The notes under the pieces: model-generated
What the model was told of the DNA's origin: nothing
Databases searched by the model: none
The model's input: the letters and a program-made list of their open reading frames with translations, nothing else
In this document: in pieces, positions 1 through 9,913 of the stretch
How positions within the stretch are numbered: position 1 is the first letter of the stretch
How the letters are laid out: each line of letters opens with the position of its first letter
Assembly (NCBI GenBank): GCA_020697715.1
Contig: JAEHCO010000001.1
Coordinates: forward strand, 874,149 to 938,148
Direction: 5' to 3'
DNA from: Methanobacteriota archaeon
Lineage (GTDB): Archaea; Thermoplasmatota; Thermoplasmata; SG8-5; JAGLSY01
DNA: 64,000 bases
Position numbers and translations under genes: made by a program

Positions 1-555
1 GCAGAAGATGTTTTGAGAGATGAGAATAAGGAGCCTGTCAAAGAAGAGCCCAAAGAAAAGGAAGCTGAGATCTTTGATGGTGGGGTCAAGTCGGATAAAT
101 TAAAGATATCTCGTAGCTATCTGGTGGAAGAGGATCGTCCTGAAAAATGCTTTGAGATATTCGTCGAAACACTTGATCTGGGATATGCTGGCATGTGTAT
201 CAGCAGGACCAATCCCAGGCGTCTCAGGGGTGACTATGACTTTGGGGAATCGGAATTATTATGGCTAACTGATAGGGAAAGTTCAGAGGCCACGATACAG
301 CCTGCACTTGAAAGGATCATTTACAAGATAGAGGATCTACTGAACACTGGTAAAAAGGGCATTCTTTTGATAGATGGCCTTGAATATCTCATTAGCAATA
401 GCAGCTTTGACGCTGTCCTGAGATTCCTTCGAAGATTGATAGATGATGTTTCTGAAAGTGATTCGATATTCCTGATGTCCGTGACACCTGGCACACTTGA
501 CCCTCAGGATCTGAAGATATTGGAAAGGGAAATGGAAGTTATTTCTTTTATTTAA
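1..555 (+). CDS. DUF835-domain (KaiC/RecA-like, inactive ATPase fold) protein, C-terminal part
   Basis: The frame is open from base 1. Motifs GMCISRTNP, LLWLT and ILLIDGLEYL...LRFLRRLIDDV are typical of archaeal DUF835. Confidence 0.8.
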   Translation, partial: AEDVLRDENKEPVKEEPKEKEAEIFDGGVKSDKLKISRSYLVEEDRPEKCFEIFVETLDLGYAGMCISRTNPRRLRGDYDFGESELLWLTDRESSEATIQPALERIIYKIEDLLNTGKKGILLIDGLEYLISNSSFDAVLRFLRRLIDDVSESDSIFLMSVTPGTLDPQDLKILEREMEVISFI

Positions 556-575
556 TTTGATCCTGCTGGACCAAA

Positions 576-2225
576 TTAAATCACATAATTCTCTTTGTCA
601 AGGAAATCCTTGAATTCTTTTACTGAATGAAGGGCTTCTGGATAATTCTTATCCTTCATCGCGATATTTGCCTTTTTCAAAAATTCTACTGGCTTGGCAA
701 TATCAATGTTCATCATCTTTATTTCCAATAGGCTTGTCTTGGCCTTTTTCATGGCTGTGGATATGTGAGTTGGAAGTATCTCATTAAGACTGTCCTGAGC
801 CTGTTTCGCGAATATGGAGGCTGAGTTCCAATCTTCATTCTCAGCTGCTTTCTTTGCCTCATTGTAAAAGCTTAAAGCCGTTCCCATCTCGATGTTCATG
901 GCCTTTGCATCTTCCATTGTGGCTCCCATTATTCTGAGAACGCTCTTTGCATCCAGAGCTTCTTCGCCCACGGTCTCTTTCAATAATGAATCCACTTTCT
1001 TTATCTCTAATAGAACTGTCTCAAAATCATATGAGGACATCGCATTTTGAATACTGGCCATGCTCATCTGGATAGCTGAAGAACCTTGGGTCTCCGCATC
1101 TGCCTCATTGGCCTTGAGCTTGAGAGCTTTCACCCTCTCGTTCATATGATCCATGATTATCTTTTCAATACCTGCCTTACCCTCTTCGACCAGTCTTACC
1201 GCGGTCTCAAGATCCTTATTCTTTCCTGCCGCCACGGCTTGATTTATCAGGCCTCTGCTTTTGGTTACATTTATCTCGCATCTTTTGGCCACTGCGAGAT
1301 ATTTTTTCACTTCTCCAATTAGCTTGGGAAGTTCTTTGTATTTCTCTTTTAAATTGGCCCTGCTCTGTGCGGACATCTCTGCGGAAGGTGCGGATGCTTC
1401 TGCCGGAGCCGGCTGAGGTGTGGGTGTGGGTGTGGGTGTGGGTGTAGGTTTTTGTGCCGGGCTGATCTTTTCCTCGATCTTCGCAGGCTGTGGTTGAACC
1501 ACTTTCTCGGGTTGTGGCTTAGTGACCTCTGGTTTAGGCTGTGGTTGTTCTGTCACAACGGGTTTAGCAGCTTCTGGTTCAGGCTTCGCTTCAACTGCTT
1601 TCTCTTCCTTCATCGCCTTCATCCTTTCAGCAAAGCTCAATTCCTTTGCCGGTTCTGGCTCTGGTTTTGCCTCGACTACAGGAGCAGCAGGCTCTGAGCT
1701 CTCCCCCTTCATCGCCTTCATCCTTTCAGCAAAGCTCAGTTCCTTTACTGGCTCTGGCTCAGGAGTGGGTTCTGGAGTTGGCTCTGGGATCGCTTCTTCG
1801 GCCTCCTCAACTTCCTCATCCCCAAACTCCGCCCCACAGTTGGGACAGACATCGGTATTGATATCTACCAAGGTCTGGCATAATGGACATTCGAAGACCT
1901 CTCCTTCAGCAAATTCCACACCACAATTTGGGCAAGCGGCGGCATCTTCTGGAATTAATTTATTACATTCTGGACATTCGAACATCTCTGCCTGTGGTTC
2001 TGCTGTGGTTGCTGCAAAAGGATCTCCCTCCGCGGCCTTGAGAAGGTCGCCCATATGCCCATCTACCTGACCTACTAGCTCGACATCCTCCCCCACCTCC
2101 ACTCTTTGTCCATCGACCTGGAAAAGTGTCAGGTCTGTTTTGCAGGAAGGGCATGACTTGTCATCAAGCGGTACGCTCTCATCGCATACGGGGCATATTC
2201 TCTGTTTTGTCCCTGGCTCGCTCAT
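576..2225 (-). CDS. Multi-zinc-ribbon (double zinc ribbon) protein with Pro/Glu-rich linker and helical C-terminus
   Basis: Six CxxC motifs (CPVC, CPSC, CPEC, CPNC, CPLC, CPNC), a PT/PE-rich linker and alpha-helical repeats at the C-terminus. Confidence 0.75.
   Translation of the reverse strand: MSEPGTKQRICPVCDESVPLDDKSCPSCKTDLTLFQVDGQRVEVGEDVELVGQVDGHMGDLLKAAEGDPFAATTAEPQAEMFECPECNKLIPEDAAACPNCGVEFAEGEVFECPLCQTLVDINTDVCPNCGAEFGDEEVEEAEEAIPEPTPEPTPEPEPVKELSFAERMKAMKGESSEPAAPVVEAKPEPEPAKELSFAERMKAMKEEKAVEAKPEPEAAKPVVTEQPQPKPEVTKPQPEKVVQPQPAKIEEKISPAQKPTPTPTPTPTPQPAPAEASAPSAEMSAQSRANLKEKYKELPKLIGEVKKYLAVAKRCEINVTKSRGLINQAVAAGKNKDLETAVRLVEEGKAGIEKIIMDHMNERVKALKLKANEADAETQGSSAIQMSMASIQNAMSSYDFETVLLEIKKVDSLLKETVGEEALDAKSVLRIMGATMEDAKAMNIEMGTALSFYNEAKKAAENEDWNSASIFAKQAQDSLNEILPTHISTAMKKAKTSLLEIKMMNIDIAKPVEFLKKANIAMKDKNYPEALHSVKEFKDFLDKENYVI
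1418..1446. repeat. Hexamer tandem repeat (GGTGTG)n encoding a Pro-Thr linker
   Basis: ggtgtg repeated about 5 times, giving PTPTPTPTPTP in the minus-strand ORF. Confidence 0.85.
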
Positions 2226-2392
2226 CTTTCATCCGCCTTACTGACTGAAGTTCGAAACATGACCACAGGTATGCCCACTATACCTTTCAGTACACTGATC
2301 GAACTTGATATGAATAATGCCCAGTAATACTGAACAGTATATTTATCTTTTCGTATATACTCTATATAATGCTTTGTGGCCGCTTAGATAAT

Positions 2393-3571
2393 TCAACTTT
2401 CCTTACCTTTGGTGTTCTTGTGAACGATCTCGACCAGATCCCTGACCTTGAACTTCTTGCCGGTCTCCTTTTTGAAATCAGATGCGGCATTGGAGAACAT
2501 GGATTTACATGCCGGGCAAGCGGAGACAATGAAGTCTCCCTCCAATTCATTGGCCTCGGTAAGTCTGGCTTTTGCCATGGATGATGAGATATCATAGTTG
2601 GTGGATTGCAGACCGCCCCCACCTCCACAGCAGTGACTCTTATCTCTATTGAATTTGAATTCCTTCACTTCGGCAAAATGTGAAAGTAGTTTCCTGGGCT
2701 CGTCATACATTTCCGCATGGCGACCGAGATCGCAAGGATCGTGGTAAAGGACATTTCCTTCCAGCTTCTTGGTGACTGTGAGATCGCCTTTCTCGATAAG
2801 TTCGTCGAAGAACTCCAGTATGTGCTTGGATTCCAGACCGAGATCCACTCCATTCTCTGGATAGATATGATGGAGTGTCCTGTAGCATCCGGGACAAGGT
2901 GTGACCACCATTTTCGGTCTCGGGTTCAGTGTTTCGATCTGCTCCAGCAGGCCCTTCCCAAAAGCATCCGAGTCATAACCAGCCAGGTAATTGAGGAAAC
3001 CACAGCATGGCTCCTTCTCTCCCAGGGTGGTGTAGCTCACTCCTGCTCTTTCCAGTATCTTGAAAATGGCGGATGTCACCTTCATATCCGTATTGGATGC
3101 GACGCATCCCAGGAATACCAGCACATCTCCGCCGGTCCTCAGCTTGGCCTTTGCCTCATCAGGCAGGAACTCCTCCCTGGCACTTGCTGGTTCTCCCTGT
3201 GGATTGCCGTGCTTCTCAATATTTTCCAGAGCTAGTTCCATGGTTTCTGGAACCTCATGTAAGCCTGCCAGCTCCTGCCTGGCAGCCATGAGCACATCCA
3301 CGGTCTTGACATTGGAAGGACACCTGCGCATACAATCTCCGCAAGTGGTGCATTCGAATATTGATTGGACAACTGAATCGTCCACTGGTATGTCGCCTTG
3401 CAAAAGACCGTAGGCCAGCACCATCTTCGACCTGGCCGTATTGTGATCCCACAATGTGCCCTTGAAGGCCGGGCATACGGATTTACAATATCCGCAGGAA
3501 GTACAGAGTAATGTTTGATCATACAATGCCTTCAGCTTATCGCCCTTGATGTACTTCTTATCATCACTCAT
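2393..3571 (-). CDS. Fe-S oxidoreductase subunit (GlcF/GlpC/HdrD-like: 2x[4Fe-4S] plus CCG domains)
   Basis: CTSCGYCKSVCP and CTTCGDCMRRCP ferredoxin motifs; PCCG, HDPC, CCGGGGG and ACPAC CCG-domain motifs. Overlaps the upstream GlcD-like gene. Confidence 0.9.
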   Translation of the reverse strand: MSDDKKYIKGDKLKALYDQTLLCTSCGYCKSVCPAFKGTLWDHNTARSKMVLAYGLLQGDIPVDDSVVQSIFECTTCGDCMRRCPSNVKTVDVLMAARQELAGLHEVPETMELALENIEKHGNPQGEPASAREEFLPDEAKAKLRTGGDVLVFLGCVASNTDMKVTSAIFKILERAGVSYTTLGEKEPCCGFLNYLAGYDSDAFGKGLLEQIETLNPRPKMVVTPCPGCYRTLHHIYPENGVDLGLESKHILEFFDELIEKGDLTVTKKLEGNVLYHDPCDLGRHAEMYDEPRKLLSHFAEVKEFKFNRDKSHCCGGGGGLQSTNYDISSSMAKARLTEANELEGDFIVSACPACKSMFSNAASDFKKETGKKFKVRDLVEIVHKNTKGKES

Positions 3572-5000
3572 CGAAGTTCACCTCCGCGGGGTATCTGAGG
3601 CTGAACATTATGTGCTCGCTCTCCCACTCGAACATCTTGCCCGGGTTCATGATATTATTTGGATCGAGAGCGTCCTTGATAGCTTTCATGGTCTTGATCG
3701 CAGTTGCTCTTTCCTTCTTCATGTAAGGGGCTTTGGCCATTCCCACACCGTGCTCGCCAGTCACTGTCCCATCGAGAGAAAGCACCAGGTCGTAGATCTC
3801 CTCCACTGCTTTTTCCGCGCGTTTCCAGTCATCTTCCTTGCTTGGATCGATGAGGAATTTCGTGTGAAGGTTACCATCACTGGCATGACCGTAAGTGGCG
3901 ATTATCACCTTGTTGCGGTCGGATATCTCTTTGAAACCAATGACCGCCTGAGCCACCCTGGAAATAGGAACGCCCATGTCATCGGCCAGTGATACGATCT
4001 TCAGCTCTGGGCTATAACCACCCAGAGCTGGCAGGACGGACTTTCTGGCCTCGTGCCAGAGGCCATAAACGGCTTTATCATCGGATACGATGATCTCGGT
4101 GGCTCCACTTGCCTTACAAACTTCCTCCACCTGTCGGATCTCGCGGCCAACTTCCTCGATAGGTCCGTCAACCTCGATTATCAGAATTGCTGGAACATCG
4201 GGCAAACCGGCATCGATCCCGCGGTTTGCCGCGGTGATGCAGGTATTGTCCATGATCTCCATGGAACTTGGAATAATAGGATGTGCAATTATATTCGAAA
4301 TCGCCTGGCCCGCTTTCTCCACCTTGTCAAAGCTGACTAAAGCTGCTGCAACAGCTTTAGGCAAAGCGACAATTTTTAAAGTAACTTCGGTGATGATACC
4401 CAGTGTGCCCTCAGAGCCCACGAATAACTTTTCCAATTGGTAGCCGGAGCTGTTCTTCAGAGTGTGCGTGCCAACCTTCATTATCTCCCCGGTTGGAAGT
4501 ACAACCTCCAGCCCAAGAACATAATCCCTTGTCGCGCCGTATTTGATGGCTCTCATTCCGCTGGCATTCAGTGACACCATGCCACCGATGTTAGCAGCTT
4601 CCGCGCTTCCTGGAGAGCCCGGGAACTGGTATCCCGCGCTTTTCAGCTCATTGTTCAGGTGATCGTAAATAACACCTGGCTCGACTATGCAGAACAAATT
4701 CTCGGGTGTTATGCTTTTGATCTTGTTCATGGCCTGCATGTCCAGAGTGATCCCGCCCTTGATGGGAACTGCTGCTCCACAAAGGCCAGTACCCGCGCCT
4801 CGCGGTGTTATCGGCACCTTGTACTTATTGGCCAGTTTCACTATCTTGGACACCTCTTCGGTATTCATCGGCCTAGCCACTGCATCGGGCATCGCCCGAT
4901 ATATGCTGGCATCTGATGAATAAGCATATCTGGCGGCCGTGCTGGTGGTGAAGTTCTCTCCTAAAAGCTCCTGCAATTCCTTGAACATTTCTTCGGACAT
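3564..5000 (-). CDS. FAD-linked D-2-hydroxyacid oxidoreductase (GlcD / D-lactate dehydrogenase family)
   Basis: PRGAGTGLCG, GSEGTLGIITE, GHASDGNLH, GEHGVG and LDPNNIMNPGK motifs. Confidence 0.9.
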   Translation of the reverse strand: MSEEMFKELQELLGENFTTSTAARYAYSSDASIYRAMPDAVARPMNTEEVSKIVKLANKYKVPITPRGAGTGLCGAAVPIKGGITLDMQAMNKIKSITPENLFCIVEPGVIYDHLNNELKSAGYQFPGSPGSAEAANIGGMVSLNASGMRAIKYGATRDYVLGLEVVLPTGEIMKVGTHTLKNSSGYQLEKLFVGSEGTLGIITEVTLKIVALPKAVAAALVSFDKVEKAGQAISNIIAHPIIPSSMEIMDNTCITAANRGIDAGLPDVPAILIIEVDGPIEEVGREIRQVEEVCKASGATEIIVSDDKAVYGLWHEARKSVLPALGGYSPELKIVSLADDMGVPISRVAQAVIGFKEISDRNKVIIATYGHASDGNLHTKFLIDPSKEDDWKRAEKAVEEIYDLVLSLDGTVTGEHGVGMAKAPYMKKERATAIKTMKAIKDALDPNNIMNPGKMFEWESEHIMFSLRYPAEVNFDE

Positions 5001-5162
5001 TTACATCATCCTCTGTCTGCGTGGAACACCCAGTCCCATACAGGTATCCAAAAGTTAACCCTGATAATGATATATAATTTCCGCATGAAAGCAGATATTT
5101 ATATGCGTATTATGTTTAGGTGACTTAGGTGAGAGGAGGAGTCGATCATTGTAGAAGAAGAT

Positions 5163-5408
5163 GTGAAAATCAGTAAAGGCGGATTGATCTTGATTATCTT
5201 TTGGCTGGCATTGATAAATTTCGTCATAATTTATATTAATATGACCTCCCCTTCTTTGGATAATGTTCATAATATGATCTACATGTTTGTTATCATCTTT
5301 TTATTCATCGTAATAATTGTTTTTATATTGATCTATTATCTGGATCATATTCGAAAGACCCCTAAACGAAGCCTCCCAGAGATTGATGAACCGTCGATGG
5401 AAGGATGA
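5163..5408 (+). CDS. Small two-TM membrane protein, hypothetical
   Basis: 81 aa with two long hydrophobic stretches; purine-rich RBS-like sequence upstream. Confidence 0.55.
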   Translation: MKISKGGLILIIFWLALINFVIIYINMTSPSLDNVHNMIYMFVIIFLFIVIIVFILIYYLDHIRKTPKRSLPEIDEPSMEG

Positions 5409-5505
5409 AGGGATGCCTCGCCTACAGGGCGGCATATAAATATTCGAATTGTGTTTAGGATACATATCAAACGAACATACTAAAATAAAGATAAGGTGAT
5501 GACAG

Positions 5506-5808
5506 ATGCCAGTACTTTGGTTTATGGAATATGATATTCCCAAGGATGCGGAAGCCAGTAAGAGATACATGAACTATATTTTTGATGAAGAATACAGTTG
5601 CATGGTGATGGACAAGTGCGAGAAGATAGGTGCGAAATTGAATGTCTGGTGCGATGATTCGAGCCATATTATTTTCACCATCGAGTTCGACACAATCGAG
5701 GACTATGACAGATTGTTCGAAGATCCCGAGTGGCAGAAAGGAATGGATCGCCTGAACCAGCTTGTTCTCAATGCGAATACCAGGATGATGCGACCTGCTG
5801 GGGAGTAG
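5506..5808 (+). CDS. Small hypothetical protein, possibly dimeric alpha-beta barrel / NIPSNAP-like
   Basis: AGGTGA RBS upstream; the pattern IIFTIEFDTIEDYDRLFEDPEWQ resembles small ferredoxin-like barrel proteins. Confidence 0.6.
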   Translation: MPVLWFMEYDIPKDAEASKRYMNYIFDEEYSCMVMDKCEKIGAKLNVWCDDSSHIIFTIEFDTIEDYDRLFEDPEWQKGMDRLNQLVLNANTRMMRPAGE

Positions 5809-5872
5809 TTTTTTGCCACATGCAACGAAAGTCATATAAGAGAGACTTTCGATTCACATGAGAGGGAAGTAA

Positions 5873-6655
5873 TTGACTACAAAAGAAGATGTGCCAGATT
5901 CTATTACTGATAAGGAGTTAAGAGACCTGATTAGAGAAAATTATAAGCAATCAGTAGAATCAAGAGATTTTAAAAAATTAAACTCTTTTATACGTAAGTA
6001 TTCTAAAATTATTAATGCTAAAAGATTTTTCAATGAGTTTAAAAATGCCCTATCAGATCAACGTACTGAATTAAATAATTCTATAAAATATCTAGAACCC
6101 AGATATTCAATTTTTCGAGAGGCTCTTGATGCTGTAGCTAAACAGAGCCCTGCTCTATTTATGGACAAGATCAAAAACCCTCCAAATGTGTGCCTATTGA
6201 GAAATGAAATATTTAATGCATTTATCATTATCAAAAGAGAAGGTAGAATGTTTGCAGATTTGGAAGAACAAGACAAAATTGATAAAGAAATTCATTTGAT
6301 TCAGAAATGCTGGGAGCTCTATAAATCACAAAGAAATTTAATGTGTAATATGTTAGAAGAAATTAATAATCCATCAATGAAAGAATATGTTAGAGAGAAA
6401 GCAAAATTACATGATACGAAACTGTCCAGAAACATCAGAAATGCCGACTCACATTTAAGAGTACAAAATTTCCCCGAAAGAAGGATGGTTCATCTACGTA
6501 ATTTGCGTAATGATAAAATTGACTGGGAAGATGATATCCCATATGATGATTTTGAAGATATTTTCTATGATTTATTAAATTTCAATAATGCTATGGCAAC
6601 AGCAGAAGAGGAAGTCTCAATAGGCATATTAGAACAAATGGTGAAATCTCGATAG
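5873..6655 (+). CDS. AT-rich helical protein with an RxxxxH motif (putative HEPN RNase)
   Basis: 260 aa, low GC, IRNADSH matches R-x4-H. HEPN function is inferred. Confidence 0.55.
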   Translation: MTTKEDVPDSITDKELRDLIRENYKQSVESRDFKKLNSFIRKYSKIINAKRFFNEFKNALSDQRTELNNSIKYLEPRYSIFREALDAVAKQSPALFMDKIKNPPNVCLLRNEIFNAFIIIKREGRMFADLEEQDKIDKEIHLIQKCWELYKSQRNLMCNMLEEINNPSMKEYVREKAKLHDTKLSRNIRNADSHLRVQNFPERRMVHLRNLRNDKIDWEDDIPYDDFEDIFYDLLNFNNAMATAEEEVSIGILEQMVKSR

Positions 6656-6774
6656 CAAGCGCCCTTAACAGACGGGAGACAGTACGGGGAAAATAGTACT
6701 TTCACTCACCCTAGCCTATTACTTATATACAATCTACCTAATATGGTCTTTAGAAGTAAGGGAGGATAAGTTAA

Positions 6775-7176
6775 ATGCCAGAATTAAAAAATTACAGAGT
6801 GTTTATAAGCCATGCGTGGGAATACAATGCAGATTACCATAGATTAGTAAAAATGCTTAATGAGGCAGATCTATTCAATTGGTCAAATTACAGCGTGCCA
6901 GAACATGACCCATTGGATATGAAAGGATTAATGACTGCATTAGAAAGACAAATTGATCCAACAAATATTGTAATTATCCTATCGGGAATGTATGCTGCCC
7001 ATAGTGACTGGATACAAAAAGAGATAGATATAGCTATCAAGAAAGGTAAAACTATAATCGGAATTGCACCATGGGGTCAACAAAATATTCCTGTTGTCAT
7101 TCAAGAAGCCGCTGAAGATGTAATAAGATGGAATACAACATCTATTATTGATGCTATTCGGAAGTATGCTAAATGA
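6775..7176 (+). CDS. TIR-domain protein (MTH538/DUF1863, Thoeris ThsB-like)
   Basis: YRVFISHAW, NYSVP, SDWIQKEI (catalytic Glu position), IIGIAPWG and IRWNTTSI motifs; GGAGG RBS. Confidence 0.88.
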   Translation: MPELKNYRVFISHAWEYNADYHRLVKMLNEADLFNWSNYSVPEHDPLDMKGLMTALERQIDPTNIVIILSGMYAAHSDWIQKEIDIAIKKGKTIIGIAPWGQQNIPVVIQEAAEDVIRWNTTSIIDAIRKYAK

Positions 7177-7649
7177 AAAAAACTGATTATGGAGAGCAAT
7201 ATAACGTGCATCTGCTGGAACAATATAAATTATATGTAGAAATGGCAGATCGCATAAGTATTCGAAGAGGTCAAACAAATAAATTTTATATTTCTCTCTT
7301 GTCAGGATTATTGGCTTTACTATCGATAATGATTGGAACAGAAGGCTTTGATGATATACGCTTGACCGTATTGTTTGCGATTGGATTTCTAGGAACTGTA
7401 CTATGTTTAGTATGGTTTATCAACATAAATTCATACAGACAGTTAAACACTGCTAAGTTTAAAATTATAAACAAAATGGAAGAGAGCTTACCATATCCCT
7501 GTTATGATCTTGAATGGAAACTCCTTGGCCAGGGGAAAGAAAGTAAGAAATATTTACAATTAACACGCGTAGAAAAATATATACCAATTATTCTTTCAGT
7601 TCCTTACATATTACTGCTTGGATATACAATATATATTTGGTTTATTTAA
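7173..7649 (+). CDS. Membrane protein, putative TIR-associated effector (resembles the RipA/'octameric membrane protein' family)
   Basis: LEQYKLYVEMADRISxRR..NKFY, 2-3 TM segments and SYRQLNTAKFKII. ATGA overlap with the TIR gene. Family name is from recall and unverified. Confidence 0.7.
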   Translation: MKKTDYGEQYNVHLLEQYKLYVEMADRISIRRGQTNKFYISLLSGLLALLSIMIGTEGFDDIRLTVLFAIGFLGTVLCLVWFININSYRQLNTAKFKIINKMEESLPYPCYDLEWKLLGQGKESKKYLQLTRVEKYIPIILSVPYILLLGYTIYIWFI

Positions 7650-7794
7650 TATTCAAGAACCCCTAGTAGGCAGGGCTTGATGCAGGGCACAATGTTAGGG
7701 GAGTAAGAAGCCAAGAATCCCCCTAGTCTGATCTAACCCGATGATAATTTTATTAACACAATATAACTTCAGGTTTCCCACAGGGAGCAATAAG

Positions 7795-9051
7795 ATGAAA
7801 TTCAATATTCCATATGGAAAGGAAAGTGTTGAGATCGATTTTGATTTACCGCATACGATCCTGATGCCCAATTCGGTCGAGGTCAGGGACGAGGCCAAGG
7901 TGCTGGATGAAGCTCTGGCCAACCCGATTGGGTCGGTGCCTTTTTCAGAGTTCGCTGATAAATCCGAGAGAATGCTGGTCATCGTGAATGACGCGACAAG
8001 GCCGACACCGACGAAGAAGGTGTTGGAACTTCTTCGTGACGACTTGACCGCGCATCCGGATGTGACCTATGTCGTGGCTACTGGAGTTCACAGAGCTCCG
8101 ACTGATGAGGAATACCAATTCATCTTCGGGGACATGTACGAAGATGTTAAAGATAAAATAATCGCGCACGATGCGAGAAAAGATGAGGATATGGTGTATC
8201 TGGGCGTGTCGAAGAATGGAACAGAAATGTACCTGAATAAAATAGTTCCAGAGATCAAGAATGTGGTCGTCATCGGCAGTGTGGAGCCGCATTATTTCGC
8301 TGGATACACGGGAGGTCGAAAAGCATTCCTTCCGGGTGTCGCTTCCTACAAGACAATTGAAATGAACCACAAGGCCGCGCTCAGCGATTCCGCAAGGTCA
8401 CTGGCATTGGAGGGAAATCCAGTTCATGAGGACATGATAGATGCGATGAACGTGCTGAAGGACATCAATGTCTTTTCCATTCAGACGGTACTGACTGGCG
8501 ACCACAGTATTTACGCGGTTACTGCTGGGGATCTTTTCCAGAGCTTCGATGCCGCTATCGAGAGAGCCAATGAGGTGTTCTGCGTGCCACTGGATGCGAA
8601 AGCAGATATTGTGATCTCTGTAGCTCCGTATCCGATGGACATAGACCTGTATCAGAGCCAGAAGGCACTGGATAACAGCAAGCTGGCATTGAAGGACGGC
8701 GGAGTTACGATAATAGTTTCCAAGTGCAGGATGGGAGTGGGAGAAGAAGCCTTCCTCGACCTGCTTGGAAGTGCCGCGACACCCGAAGAGATAATGAAGA
8801 AGCTGGAAGGCGAGTATAAGTTAGGATACCACAAGGCGGCGAAGATGGCGCAGATAGGGACCTGGGCCAGTATTTACGGGGTCACTGACCTTTCGGACGA
8901 GATGATGCTGAAGGCACATCTCAAGCCTTTCGCATCCGTGCAAAAGGCTTTGGATGCCGCGATCGTGGAAATGAAAGGCAAGGGCAGGGAACCTAGTCTC
9001 GTGATAATGCCAGCCGGTAGTTTGACCATACCATTAGTGAGGGGTGAATAA
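7795..9051 (+). CDS. larA: LarA-family nickel-pincer 2-hydroxyacid racemase
   Basis: VNDATRPTPT, ATGVHRAPT, PHYFAGYTGGRKAFLPG and DLYQSQK motifs. Start placed at the ATG at 7795 (MKFNIPYG). Confidence 0.88.
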   Translation: MKFNIPYGKESVEIDFDLPHTILMPNSVEVRDEAKVLDEALANPIGSVPFSEFADKSERMLVIVNDATRPTPTKKVLELLRDDLTAHPDVTYVVATGVHRAPTDEEYQFIFGDMYEDVKDKIIAHDARKDEDMVYLGVSKNGTEMYLNKIVPEIKNVVVIGSVEPHYFAGYTGGRKAFLPGVASYKTIEMNHKAALSDSARSLALEGNPVHEDMIDAMNVLKDINVFSIQTVLTGDHSIYAVTAGDLFQSFDAAIERANEVFCVPLDAKADIVISVAPYPMDIDLYQSQKALDNSKLALKDGGVTIIVSKCRMGVGEEAFLDLLGSAATPEEIMKKLEGEYKLGYHKAAKMAQIGTWASIYGVTDLSDEMMLKAHLKPFASVQKALDAAIVEMKGKGREPSLVIMPAGSLTIPLVRGE

Positions 9052-9913
9052 TTTGTTTGATGAAGAAAAAGTATTGAAGGCTCTGGTGAAGGGCATGAGG
9101 GATGGAGTTATAGAATTACCACTGGATGTGCACGAGAAGATAAAGGAAGCACATGCGAAGGAGACCAATGAGACCGCTAAGAATCAACTGGAGGCCATAC
9201 TGACGAATATCCAGCTGGCACACGATGGGCAAGCTCCAATGTGCCAGGATACTGGCGTGCAGATATTCTTCATAAAAGCGGGCTATGATTTCCCATATTT
9301 GAAGGAACTGGTAAAGCTCGTTCCAAAGGCCATAGCGAAGGCCACGACGGATGTTCCATTGAGGCCGAACACAGTGAATCCATTTGATGGCACTAATCCA
9401 AAAAATAACTTGGGCTTCAATATGCCCGCTATGACCATCGACATGGTGGAAGGCGATGGAGCAACGGTCTATGTCTTCCCCAAGGGCGGTGGAAGCGAGA
9501 ACATGTCCAAGCTCTGGATGCTTACGCCAGCACAGGGCTTCAAGGTCATGAAACAGAAGATAATCGAGCAGGTTCAATTCGCAGGAGGCAAGCCATGCCC
9601 GCCGATAGTTGTCGGAATTGGCATTGGAGGGGGAGCGGACATCGCGATGAAGCTGGCGAAAAAGGCACTTCTCCGACCACTGGATGAGCCAAATCCAAAG
9701 CCCGAGATCGCGGAGATGGAGAAGGAACTCCTGGACATGATAAACTCATTGGGTGTGGGAGCGATGGGAATGGGCGGAGATACGACATCTCTCGCGGTCC
9801 AGATCGAATACACGAACAGACATCCCGCGACCTTCCCGGTCGGGATGGTGATTCAGTGCTGGTGTGACAGACGCCAGAGCATTAAGATAAACAAAGACGG
9901 GATGGTGGTGTAA
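9044..9913 (+). CDS. Class I fumarate hydratase, alpha subunit (Fe-S hydro-lyase)
   Basis: [22 protein letters not shown] and QCWCDR motifs. Confidence 0.9.
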   Translation: MNNLFDEEKVLKALVKGMRDGVIELPLDVHEKIKEAHAKETNETAKNQLEAILTNIQLAHDGQAPMCQDTGVQIFFIKAGYDFPYLKELVKLVPKAIAKATTDVPLRPNTVNPFDGTNPKNNLGFNMPAMTIDMVEGDGATVYVFPKGGGSENMSKLWMLTPAQGFKVMKQKIIEQVQFAGGKPCPPIVVGIGIGGGADIAMKLAKKALLRPLDEPNPKPEIAEMEKELLDMINSLGVGAMGMGGDTTSLAVQIEYTNRHPATFPVGMVIQCWCDRRQSIKINKDGMVV

